Source: Eledone cirrhosa
Taxonomy: Eukaryota
Assembly: GCA_964016885.1 (NCBI GenBank)
Contig: CAXHJY010000435.1
Coordinates: 1-64,000 of the forward strand
Direction of reading: 5' to 3'
DNA: 64,000 nucleotides
The notes under the pieces were generated by a model. That model ran no database searches. It had not been told where the DNA came from and saw nothing but the letters and a program-made list of their open reading frames with translations. Numbering within the stretch: position 1 is the stretch's first letter; every line of letters starts with the position of its first letter. A program made the translations under genes and the position numbers. Of the stretch, positions 16,171 to 28,545 are shown in pieces.

Positions 16171-18215
16171 GAGAGAGTTAATTTATACGTGTTTTATGCC
16201 TATGGATGTGCCTAGCTATATAATTTCACAGAGATGACGGAAAAAAAAAATTGAAAACTTTAGGATGTGCTTTTTATAGATTTCATGAGAAATATATATG
16301 AACATTTTGATAACGAGTATTTCCTCTCTCAACAAATAACTCCAGATATTATGACATACAATATATATATAAAAGCAAGCAAAAGAAACATTTTCTTTCT
16401 AAATCCTTTCTAACTGTTATTTTTCTATTCACGATGTATTTAAAATAGAAGACCATCAACGCTTCAAGATTATGCAACCTAACGAATGCTAGCGAAACCA
16501 TACAAAATATTTCAATGCAGGATATTCTTCGCAATTTGTGAATTTTTTCTGCCTATTTATATTTTTTCTGGATCATGTTTTCGTAAAGATAAAAAATACA
16601 AATAAAGAGGGATGCATCATTTCTTCTTTTAGAGGAATAAAATCTTCTTTGCAGGGTTTACATGCTAACCATTCAATGATGTGTTGACATTGAGAGTAGA
16701 AAGACAGAACGTAATTTAAACGATTTCCTTAAATAAAGTTAGAGGATCAAATCGCCGATACATCGGCTTTGCTCTTTCTTTCCTATCTCCCTCTCTTTCT
16801 CTCTCTATCAAATATTTGTAATTTGTAAACAAATATTCTGATTTACAGTAGCAGAGTAATAGATTATTTTAGACATTTAATGTTTAAACCATTTTAAGGA
16901 TATTAGTCGTACAATTAAAATGAAATGGTTTTACTGTGGTATTAGAAACACACTGTGTTCCCAGATTAATGGGAGATTAATAGTTACTCGAATGAACTGG
17001 TTAGGAAATTACTAATAATCTTCTGGTTTTAAAAACCATTCATCTCAAAAATAATTGAGGGTATGTTAAATGAGGAAATGGCAATGCAAAAGAATTAAAT
17101 GCATAACAATAACTGGTGCAATCAATTTTCCCCCGAGGCCAAATCATATTGTTGTTAACTGACGTTTATCTGTATTACTGCAGATACAATGGACATATAT
17201 TATGTACTGGGATCAAACCAGTTCACCATAATATTTCCGAGTGACCTTGTACCATTTCGAACAACCAATCAATACTGTTGTTTGATAATCATATAAGCAG
17301 CAGGGAGTATAATCCTCTAAGTAAAACTCTTTCAAATTCTCTTCCAAAAGAACCGTAATCCTTTTGATCTAGCCTTATCGAAATCGCCTCTGGTTCTATA
17401 AAACAAAATTCTTCAGTTTAAAGGGTTCCCAATCGACATTAACTGCATAATTTGATATGGGAATCTTTTAAGTTATTGTTGTGGTTGTTTTAGATTATTA
17501 CTTCACATGTTGTTTTTGCAGTTGTTGTAACGGGTTCCATTGTAGTTAGCTGGGATTTAAGGGATCTCCTAACTTTACTTTCAAATTGATATTATTTTAA
17601 GAAAGAAAGGCTACTGTCTTACTAATGGCAATACATGCTTAATCAAATCAGTGATATTGTTTGGATCCAGTATAAATATATATTGAAGACGAAACCAAAC
17701 AGCCTGTTTACTCCTCATTGTTTAATGGTTAGTATGCCTTATGGCACCAGCAAACAGAATGGAGAATACATCGCCCCGGAGGATGGTGAGGAAGATGGAA
17801 CAGCCACTCTAACACGTGGGGCTTGCTCTTGCGAGTAACCAACTCCGGCAAATATTAGTGAGTTGTGTTGCCTCGGGTAGAGACGTATCTAACTGACCTG
17901 AGGCAGAAGACAAAAGAGTTATGTCTGTATATTTGTGTGTGTCTAGCTGTTACTATTGATGCTGTTGCATCTATTGTTGCTGCAGCAGCTGTTACTGCTG
18001 ATGTTGTCATTTGACATTATGATATAAAAGTTTTTCTTGTTGGTATTGCTTTTTTTACTTGTTTTTCTTGTTACTATTGTTGATGGTGATGATGGACATT
18101 AATATAAGATAAAACAAAATTACTTATCCTAGGGCTATGGTCAGATAGGAAGCGTAATTAATCTGGCCACGACTTAAATACACCATATGAGAAATACTAC
18201 TACTACTACTGCTGT

Positions 18216-18246
<31 letters not shown>

Positions 18247-18267
18247 GCTACGAATAATAATAATACC

Positions 18268-18496
18268 AATAATTGTTTCTACTCGAGGAACAAGGCCAGC
18301 AATTTGAAGGGGGGGAAAGTCAATTAAATCGACCCCAGTTCGTTACTGGTGCTTTATTTTATCGACCCCCGCCCCGTAAGGATGAAAGCCAAATCTAACC
18401 TCGGCGGGATTTGAACTCAGAACGTAAAAGGCCGTAGCTCTCTGCCACAAAACAGGGTGTCCAACGACCTACCGATACTGCCAAATCCACCTCCCT
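18268..18496 (-). mobile_element. Meta-core tRNA SINE, long form
   Basis: Reverse complement of the consensus; TACCAATAAT at both flanks; embedded in (AAT)n/(ACT)n repeats. Confidence 0.85.
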
Positions 18497-18989
18497 TACA
18501 ACTACCAATAATAATAATAATAATGATAATAATAATAATAATAATAATAATAATGGTGATGATGATGGTGATGAGGATGATGATGATGATGATCATAGTG
18601 TTGACAATGATAGAAATAACAATATAGTTGATATTACTGAACTAGAGTAATATGATCTAATAGTGATCTTTGAGAAAATGGTCTTAACAATACGAACGCT
18701 TTATGTTAGACAAGGGCAAACATATTGATTTCAGTTAATGCATCAGCTATGCCTATATTCAAGACGTTTTCTTTCCTTTGGAAAGTGAAAAAACAAAACA
18801 ATGTAAATTGATAATAGAAAAAAACAATAATATATACTTTATATTGAAAATGGAGGTCAACTTATATAGTCCACAGCTGCTCTGTAATGACATTTCATGT
18901 CTTGCCCGATATATCACACACCAAAGAATGGAATAATGTATATACACATATATACGTGTATGTATATATATATATGTATATATATATGT

Positions 18990-19162
18990 ATATATATATA
19001 TATACACACACTCACACACATATATATATATACACTCCCACGCATATATATATATACACTCATACGCATATATATATATATACACTCATACGCATATATA
19101 TATATATACACTCATACGCATATATATACATTCATACGCATATATATATATATACACTCATA

Positions 19163-19209
<47 letters not shown>

Positions 19210-19496
19210 TCATACGCATATATATATATGTATATATACACTCATACGCATATATATATATATATATACACTCATACGCATATATATATATATATATATA
19301 TACACTGATACGCATATATATATATATATATATATACACTGATACGCATATATATATATATATATATATACACTGATACGCATATATATATATATATATA
19401 CACTGATACGCATATATATATATATTTATACACTCATACGCATATATATATATATATAAACACTCATACGCATATATATATATATAAACACTCATA

Positions 19497-19537
<41 letters not shown>

Positions 19538-19544
19538 ACTCATA

Positions 19545-19597
<53 letters not shown>

Positions 19598-19800
19598 ACT
19601 CATACGCATATATATATATGTATATACACTCATACGATATATATACACTCATACGTATATATATATATATTCACACTCATACGCGCATACATATATATAT
19701 TCACACTCATACGATATATATACACTCATACGTATATATATATATATTCACACTCATACGCGCATATATATATACATACTCATATATATATACACACATA
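18990..19800. repeat. Minisatellite with CACTCATACGCA core and variable (TA)n spacer
   Basis: Seen directly; variant cores CACTGATACGCA and AAACACTCATACGCA occur in adjacent blocks. Confidence 0.95.
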
Positions 19801-20376
19801 CGTATATATATATATATGCATAGACACGGATATACTCATAAATATGCACACGCAGAAGTACACGTTATGTGTGTGTGCGACTATATATACATATTGAGTT
19901 ACTGTAAAAAATGGAAAGTAGTGGTAATAGTGATAGCAGCAGCAGCACGAGACAAAGATTTCAACAACAATAACCACAACTACAAATTCTAGCAATAAAC
20001 CATCTAAAACGCCCCTTGGTGGTACTTCAACCTGTTAGAAATAGAAACCAAATCGAATTCAAATTTAATGGACGCGTTAGTAATGTAGTCTAAGAGACTA
20101 TCGTTTCCAAAATAGAATAATTTTGATCGTAGATCTTTTCGATCAAAGATAAACAACACAGGCGAGGCATTGACCGTAACAATACCCTTGTCATGTTCTT
20201 AATTCCATTTGGAGCCAGCCGAAATGTGTTTACTTCCTACAAAATAAAATTTAGAATTTTGGCTTAAATGTATTTAAAACCCAAAAGGGAAACATGTTGA
20301 GTTGATGGTTAAAAGATGAACATCCAGTATCATACCTGCATCAAATATCTCTAGGTTTCTTGAAACTTAAATGATC

Positions 20377-20480
20377 TTAAATACTTTGTGGTCTCTTTGT
20401 TCCGGCTCTTTCTGTTCTAGGGTCAAATCCTGCCGAAGCCAACCCTGCTAATCACCTCTAGAAACCGATCAAATAAAGTA
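20377..20480 (+). mobile_element. Diverged SINE fragment, near-identical to the inverted copy at 21831-21935
   Basis: B-box-like GGGTCAAATCC and a degenerate core; only about three differences from the inverted partner. Confidence 0.7.
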
Positions 20481-21767
20481 TCAAATAAACGTCAAGATAT
20501 TTTGAAAATTCTTCTGAAATTTAACATTAATGGTGTCTAGGCTACCAACTATCTGAGAGTTGTTGACTTTCTTATTAAGGATCGCCCCTGCGAAAAGTTA
20601 TACCGATTCCAATGAAGTTGTATATCATAGGCGTTTTCTTAGACATTTTTAATGACGTTGTTAGTGTTCATAGTCACACACGTCACAGTCAGAAGGGGTC
20701 TGAACACTGAACACACAGAGACATCTGGTCACAAGCCAACAATTCAGCTAATTCGCTCTTGGAATGTGGTATTTTCCAAGAGTTTCCATGGGGTGTTCTT
20801 CCTAATAAACAATCCAGCGAAAAATCCGCTTCTTCTGGCTTCCAATATAGGATATGCTTTTCTCTTTTATCACAAGCGGTTTTAAACATTTTATAGTATA
20901 TCACTGTCTGTTTGGGGTTGTAATGTTAATTGTTTCACACTTTATTTTGTCTGTATAGACACGACAACACAACAAATTATCTTTCGATCTCTTTCACTTT
21001 TTTCAAAGAAACAAACATTAGAGATTTTGAAAATACCAACAAAAATTGTATTTTCCATGATAAAAAAAGAGCGATAGGAGAGAAGGGATAAGGAAATATA
21101 AGGATTTTAATTAAAACAAAACAATCTAACTTACGTTCACCCAGAACAAACAGCAGGAAACGCGATGAAGAAAGCTAATAATTTTGATTATGATTAACTC
21201 ATGAGCAGCTGTATATAATTTCCAATTATCAGTTCTTAAAGAAAAATATAAATATGTTTTAACCTACTCGAAATTCTCTATATATATTCCTAGTCTCAAT
21301 TTATCAAAACGTAATTTAACTAACCTTTAGAAATTAATAAAAAAAAATATTGATAGGAATTATATTTATAATTAAATGTAATACATTAAAAAATGCTGTC
21401 TTGTAATTAATTTTAATTGCCATTTAATTAATGCATTCACTTAATTAATTAATTCGTCACGTTAGTTGTTTTTATTATCCATTTGACTAGATAATTTTGC
21501 GGGGAGGGTGAGTATTTCTCTGCATGTATGAACTCCTGATGGAGTTGTAGGACGCCATAGTGACATGTGACGTGTCTTGGTTATTTCGGACGTGGCAGAG
21601 TCTATCCCTCTCCAAGAGAGAGTGGGAGTGTGATAAAAAGGAATTAAGAAAGTAATGTAGAAGAGGATGAATGCTGTGTTGACTTCTGTGAGATTTGAAC
21701 TCAGATCGTAAAGATCCAAAAGAAATACCTCGAAACATTAATATTCTGCTCATCAAAAAATAATATT

Positions 21768-21962
21768 TTCTAATTTAGGCACAAGGCCAGCAGTTTGGGT
21801 CAAGAGTAAAGCCGATTATATCGATACCAGTACTTTATTTGATCGGCTTCTAGAGGATGATTAGCAAGGTTGGCTTCGGCAGGATTTGACCCTAGAACAG
21901 AAAGAGCCGGAACAAAGAGACCACAAAGTATTTAATCCGAATCTCTAACTATTCCGCCAATC
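21768..21962 (-). mobile_element. Diverged Meta-core SINE
   Basis: TTTAGGCACAAGGCCAGCA 3' end and a degenerate core and head. Confidence 0.75.
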
Positions 21963-22461
21963 AAATATCAACATTAATTATATGATCATAGTCATAATAT
22001 TATCGATGTCTCTTTAATAGATATGAATTAGTAAAGAAAATTATATAACCAAAAATACATTGATATGTTATATCTATAGAAAGGAAAGCATCTTCGGTTT
22101 ACCTGGAAGCTTAAGCAACGGTGATACTGAATAAATTTGTATATAATTTTCCTAATGCAACTAATAAGTGGTAATCTGTTAATTAGAAGACCTTTGGCGT
22201 GCATAATTAATGTCAAGAACGCTGAAAGTTTGATATGAACTCATTACTCGTGAAAGAGAATTGATAGTTAAATTTAATCCATTAAATAATCCCTACTTGT
22301 CCCTACACGTGGACACAGCACAGTTAAATGGTTAAGATGTTCGCTTCGCAATCATTAGGTTCCAGATTCGATCCCACTACTTACCATATTGGGTAATTGT
22401 AATTTACTATAGACTGGAATACTCGGCCATGTACACGCTAATTTAATTATCAGGCTGTTCT

Positions 22462-22672
22462 AGGGAGGTGGATTGGCAGAATCGGTAGAGCGTCGGACAA
22501 CATGCCTAGCAGCATAGTGGTATGGCCATTTACGTAATGAGTTCAAATCTCGCCGAGGTTAGCTTTGCATTTCATCCTTACGAGGTCGATAAAATAAAGT
22601 ACCAGTAATGCACTGGAGTCGATTTAATCGACTTTCCCTTTCCACCAAAATTGTTGGCCTTGTGCCTCAAAT
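22462..22672 (+). mobile_element. Full-length Meta-core tRNA SINE, long form
   Basis: A and B boxes and core; AGGCTGTTC repeated on both flanks. Confidence 0.9.
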
Positions 22673-22840
22673 CAATATTAGGCTGTTCGATTGGTCGAAC
22701 AACTGCAACTCGCATTGTTGAAACCCACATAAATTTATTCTTCTACTGAAAGCCTAATTGCATTGTTTTAAGCGAATTTGTCTCCCCACCTCACATAGCT
22801 GACTTTGTGTCTGAATTATCAACCATTATTACTCAGCTAA

Positions 22841-22960
22841 ACTCTGAGTTCAAATCCCGCCGAGGTTAACTTTGCCTTTCATCCTTACGGGGTCGATAAA
22901 ATAAAGTACCAGTAATGTACTGGGTAATTGCTGGCCTTGTGCCAAAAGTAGAAACAATTA
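22841..22960 (+). mobile_element. 5'-truncated Meta-core SINE
   Basis: Core and 3' end; flanked by an ATTATTACTSAGCTAAA duplication. Confidence 0.85.
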
Positions 22961-25725
22961 TTACTGAGCTAAATGAAATGAGTTGATTTGCCATGTGGAA
23001 ATAGAAATTCCATATTTTGAACACTCGTTCTTCTCTGGTGAGAGAAAAGAAAATTAAGGTCTTGACACCAGGACGAAACAAAATTGCGACTGAGATAGAG
23101 TGAAAATGGCAGTTAGATGATCTGAGATGTGTGGGCGGAAGAGTGTCCAAATTAGTAGGCTGTTAAGAAAGAAAAAAGAGAAGGCTTGGCAAGGAGGCGA
23201 GGAACGAAGGGAGACATGCCAACCATAATGAGAAAAATAAAGGGTGAGAGATGTGGCGGAAGTGTGAGAACAATGAAGAATGAAACCTCGTAGAAGAAAA
23301 CTATATGCGAAGAGGAGCAAAGTTGAACTCTTACTGTTGAATTTATCAGTTGTGGCCTTTTAATCTACTAGAAATAGCAGTCAAATGCTTGCAAATCTAA
23401 CCCCAAGGGGTGTATTAGATACTGCAGTCCTATATAATATATATATGTGTAACATATATATATTATGTAGTGTGATCTGCTCGACCATAATCCTCCTGGG
23501 ACTGAACAACAACAAAAATGACTGAGTAATTATTGTGTTCAGTTCATTATTTTTCACGCAAAATTTAGCATTCGATATTTCGGTTTTACATCATTTAAAA
23601 CATTCTTAATTCTTATTAAATACGCTACACCTGCTTTAATCTTTTGGGATTTAAGCATTATACTGTGAGATAAAAGTTCATTATAATACACCTGTCAGAT
23701 CTTTTTTATTTCTAGATTTATTTATTTCCCTCTTCCTTTCTCTATATATTTGATTTGTACGTATATCTTTCTGTCGTACTTTTTCTTTTACTTTCAAACG
23801 TCTTCTCTTTACTTTCGTATTTTTTCTGCGGTTATTCCATTCGCACATCAAATGTATTTGTCTTCCCACGTTGTATTTTTCGTTGTTGTTCATATTCTTT
23901 TTAAACATATTTATACATTTAGCTTTTCTGTATTCCCCGGGAACAATCTTTTTACTCGATTTATTTTTTTGCGTCCATCTTAAATCATTTTGTTATTTCT
24001 TATCCGTATATTTTTCTTAAGTTTTCACTTGTTTACCATTATGTATTTAACTTCTTTCTACTATTCTAGTTTTCATGTCTTCTATTACATTCTTCTCACA
24101 TTTTAATTCTCTCTGTCTTTCTCGCTGTTCTTCTGTTCATTCTGGAAGCTCTATTCGTTTGCAGTCATTTGCCCTTTCATGAAATTTCTATTATTCTTTG
24201 TCTTCTCTTCGATTATATTTTTTTATACTTTAAAACGTGTGAAGAATCTTATTGCGCTGACCTTTCTAGGTCTTTATCTCGTGCCGACGACAGCTTATTT
24301 ACAGTAATACGTGTGGACAGAAGAATAGAAAATAGCTATTCAATACCACAGTAAAAGGAAAAACAATTGCACGCATATCATAAACTTGATATTTGAATAT
24401 AGAATAGAATTGGATGATCGTTACCGTAAAGTAGACGCAAAGTTTAGTTGAGCCGAGAGACCGCACCAGTTTCTAGTTTGAAATCAATATATTTGATTTT
24501 TCCCTAAAAAATGGTATCTTAAAAATACTTAAACATCACAAAGCTTCATTTTCTTTTCCTATAACTTCTCAGAATTTATGACGTTAGTAAAAAAAAAAAA
24601 AAAAAAAAAAAAAAAGATTGAATTAAAATAAAAAAAATTGTTTAGATGATTTTGACATTTGAACGGAAAAGAGATAAGTTTCCAGCCAGTTACAGATTTT
24701 GCGTTTTTTCAATTCCAGCATTTAGCAATTTGGATTAATTTCATTGCTAACGCCCATGAGAACTGTCATTTTGTTTAGCCATGCAATTTTTAATGCACTT
24801 TATTTTCGGATTTTTTTTCTGTAGTTATTGCATTCACTCATCCAATATTTTTCTTTCTTCATTATATCTCCTGTCTTTGTTCACCAAATTCTTCTTTGGT
24901 ACATTTAACGTATTCTTTATTCTTATCTAATATATTTTTTTCCTTACTTAATTTCTTTGGGTGCTTCTTATTACTTACAAAGTAATAAATTGACGTATCA
25001 ATAATGTTACATCGACCAAATGCATATTGGTTTCAAACTTACAAATACTGTAGCGTGGAATGATTTTCCATCTTAAATATCAGGATGTCTTATTTAATGA
25101 GAAAATTCTAAGCATCTAGATTCTATTATGTATATAAATAATGGTGTGCTCTTGCGCGGAGATGCTATAAAATAGAAAGCATTAAAGACGGAAAAAGAAG
25201 TTGCCATCGGCTGCTATGAGGGGAACGAATCTTATATCTCCCAGATAGTATATTTTATATAAACTACAACCGTCACTGAAAATCGTGTACGACTAGTAGT
25301 GTATACCATGCTTTTGCAAAGGGTTTTAGCTGATTATACAGTCGCGAGCAGATATGATTATTCTTTTAAACCTCTCTTTCTTGGTGCAGCACAACATAAA
25401 TGAGCTGGAAGGAAAATGAGGCTGAACTAGCAAGGGCTAGTACATCCTCGAAAGGATGAAAGGCAAAATAAAAGTCTTTGCTATTAGAAATCAGAGGTGG
25501 AAAGATATCCAACGCTCCTACAAATTGATCAACCTGACAAATTATGAGCTCCAGTATGCTCTGCTGACCATTGCAGCACACAGGCATAAGGAGCAATCTA
25601 CTAGTGGATTCATTAAGGCAAGTGACATGGACGTCAAGCGCAAGTCGACGCCGCCTTACAGCATGACTAATTATATTGTATTGTTTATTACATAATTAAA
25701 TAGCTCTTTAATATACATAGACCAC

Positions 25726-26137
25726 TCAGGATGTTTTTTCATATATGAGTGTTTGAATTTCTTTCTACTTAAAAAAAGGGTCTCACGAAGGCTTTTTTTT
25801 TTTTTTTTTTTTTTTAATAAATGTAATTTGATTAGTTATAAATGAAATTATTGTTGTCACGTGAACAAGTTCATTAAATTTCGAGCCCGTATTTGGAAAT
25901 TTATTTTGTAGCCTTTTAGAGAATTTTATGACAAACAAAAGATAATGGTCAAGAGAAATGGGATGGGAGAATTGACCTGGTTCAGTGAATATAGCAGGTT
26001 GTTTTTTCATATATGAGTGAAGTTTGTTTGGTTGATGTAGTCACGTGAATAAGTATATCAGCTTTCGCGTAAGTTTGTTTGAATTTCTTTTTTAAGTAAA
26101 AAGAAATTCAAACACTCATATATGAAAAAACCTGAGC
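25726..26137. repeat. Imperfect inverted repeat of about 50 bp bracketing about 310 bp; possible MITE
   Basis: CTCAGG..TTTTTCATATATGAGTGTTTGAATTTCTTT is mirrored by AAAGAAATTCAAACACTCATATATGAAAAAACCTGAG; no target-site duplication found. Confidence 0.45.
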
Positions 26138-26457
26138 ACCCCCACCCTTGTTTGAAGAACTTTGTAACGCGATCTGGATCTGGCGCGAAATTTATTATAC
26201 TTATTGACCAACCAATCAAATTACTTCTCTAAAAACCTGGCGTTTCGAGCCACTTTTTTCCATATAAAACAAGTAACATTCAAAGACCAACCAGATGTGA
26301 GAAAAACCACAGACCTCCCCATCTCAATTCTATTTTTGAAAAGCAGAAGAACTACGAAACCGGTAAAGGAACCAAATAAATACATATATTTAAAAAAAAA
26401 TAAGACTCCAGTTGCATTTGCGATTTCATCTTTTTTTCTTTATATATATATATATAT

Positions 26458-26638
26458 AACGAAGGAAGTGTGGTAAGGAACCAGATGGACCATAACGCAT
26501 CAGAGTAGTCAATACTTAGGGTAGTAGAGTGGGTAGTATGAAAATGTTCAAGACCCCGACGGCAGAGCTCAAGCCGTTTCGACGGTTATTTCAGTCCAGA
26601 AACGGCTTGATCTCTGCCGTCGGAGACTTGAACATTTT

Positions 26639-26640
<2 letters not shown>
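26458..26640. mobile_element. Fold-back PLE pseudo-LTR remnant, family D
   Basis: Arms 26540-26580 and 26599-26639 plus a left tail of about 80 bp; (TA)n flanks; homologous to 27308-27512 and 58857-58935. Confidence 0.7.
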
Positions 26641-26671
<31 letters not shown>

Positions 26672-26677
<6 letters not shown>

Positions 26678-26845
26678 GTTTCTACTTTTGGCACAAGGCC
26701 AGTAATTATTCAGTGGATTACTGGTACTTTATTTTATCGACCTCGTAAGGATGAAAAGCAAAGCTAACCTCGGCGGGATTTGAACTCAGAATGGCAAGGG
26801 CTGTAATTATGCGTCAAAGCATGGCGTTCGACTCTCTACGTATTG
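26672..26845 (-). mobile_element. Meta-core tRNA SINE
   Basis: Reverse complement of the consensus. Confidence 0.85.
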
Positions 26846-27274
26846 GTATTTATTTATGTTTATGCACGGGAGAAAGATTAAAGGTCCAATATTGACCCTA
26901 TCTCCAGGTTGTAAGAGGGATAAAGTTTGTGACCTATTATTCAGGCGCTTATATATACATATATATATTCATTTATTATGGCTATTTATAACTCTGATTG
27001 GGTATTGGACACTCTTTTCCTCCATCAACAACTATATATATATATATTTATATATATATATATAGGTATATGTGTATGTATTTTTTCTCACGAGTCTTTC
27101 GTTGCTACAGACCACGCGGCTGAATTGCCGGTCGCTATCTTCAATTTACAAAGTCCTTTAAACTGTATGTTATTACTCTGAGGTCTATACCTTGTCGAGT
27201 GCTTGGCTGCACTGCTGAAGGTATTCGTCGGCTTAGCTGCAGCTCGAGCTTCGAATATGCTGTACATTCATTTG

Positions 27275-27307
<33 letters not shown>

Positions 27308-27308
<1 letters not shown>

Positions 27309-27512
27309 GGAACGAGTAGGAACCCGACGGCTGAGCTCAAGCCGTTTCGACAGCTAATTCTGGACTAATTTTTAGTCCCGAATTAGCCGTCGAAACGGCT
27401 TGAGCTCAGCCGTCAGGGTCCTACTCGTTTCTATTACCCGCTCTACTGCCCTAAGTATTGAGTACTTTGGTGCGTTATGGTCCACCTGGTTCCTTACCAC
27501 ATTTCCTTCGTT
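27308..27512. mobile_element. Fold-back PLE pseudo-LTR remnant, family D, carrying the 3' half of a hammerhead
   Basis: Arms of about 60 bp centred near 27371; GAAA, stem III ACGGCT/AGCCGT and a GUC triplet at 27392-27414. Confidence 0.7.
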
Positions 27513-27571
27513 ATATATATATATATATAGATAAATCTACCAAAAGTTTACGGTAGTGTCCAATCCGTATG

Positions 27572-27708
27572 ATTATTTCTGAAGACACCATATATATGTG
27601 AAGGTATGTATATTCTCTTTGATAGTTTGTATAATTTTGTACATAGATCTTTTGAATATGCATACCAATTCTAACACATATATGTCCTAGAAACGATCGT
27701 AAAATAAT
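27572..27708 (+). ncRNA. Type I hammerhead motif with an extended stem II of about 100 nt
   Basis: Perfect 7-bp stem I ATTATTT/AAATAAT, core CTGAAGA, long hairpin (ATATATGTG/CACATATAT; GGTATGTATATTC/GAATATGCATACC), GAAA, palindromic stem III ACGATCGT, GUA triplet. Confidence 0.7.
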
Positions 27709-27764
27709 GAACTTTTTTTGTTTAATATAAGGAACTGTTTCTTTGTTTATTCATTATTTTTTTA

Positions 27765-27795
<31 letters not shown>

Positions 27796-28062
27796 GAATT
27801 TCTCTCTCTATATATATATATGAATGTGGGTGTGTATATATAAAGGTATGTATGCGTGGGTGTGTAATTACCAGTGAAGTATGGTGGTGTTTCTAATCGA
27901 TGATATTTCGAGGCGATGTGAACGTGTTAGAAATCAATTAGATGACAGACAATAAACCCAAATGTGTGCGACCTTTAACAATTTCTAGAATGTATAGGAT
28001 ATAATATACACTATTTTTATGTACATCCGCACACCTCACATTTATATATATTGTAATTGATA

Positions 28063-28290
28063 TCTTTCTCTCTCTCGCTCTTTCTTTCTCTCTCTCGCTC
28101 TTTCTTTCTCTCTCTCGCTCTTTCTTTCTCTCTCTCGCTCTTTCTTTCTCTCTCTCGCTCTTTCTCTCTCACTCGCTCTTTCTTTCTCTCTCACTCTCTC
28201 GCTCTTTCTTTCTCTCTCACTCTCTCGCTCTTTCTCTTTCCTTCTCACTCTCTCGCTCTTTCTTTCTCTCTCACCCTCTCGCTCTTTCTC

Positions 28291-28321
<31 letters not shown>

Positions 28322-28545
28322 CACTCTCTCTCTCTCTCTCACTCTCTCTCTCTCTCTCTCTCACTCTCTCTCTATCTCTCTCTCTCTTTCTCACTCTCTC
28401 TATCACTCTCTCTTTCTTTCTCACTCTCTCTCGCTCTCTCTCTCTATCACTCTCTCTATCACTCTCTCTCTCTCACTCTCTCTCTGTCTCTCTGTCTCTC
28501 TCTCCCTTTCTCTCTCTCTCTCCCTTTCTCTCTCTGTCACCCTCT
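28063..28545. repeat. (CT)n-rich polypyrimidine tract with a 20-bp sub-period
   Basis: Seen directly. Confidence 0.95.

Noticed and set aside
21129-21180. Isolated minus-strand GTAAGT donor site
   Set aside because: No supporting acceptor or reading frame; expected by chance.
22990-23320. Possible highly decayed LINE 3' end on the minus strand
   Set aside because: Only vague resemblance to CR1/Jockey C-termini across several frames; too degenerate to call by eye.
26340-26370. CAGAAGA-ACTAC-GAAACCGGTA minimal hammerhead-like string
   Set aside because: No stem I pairing can be formed.
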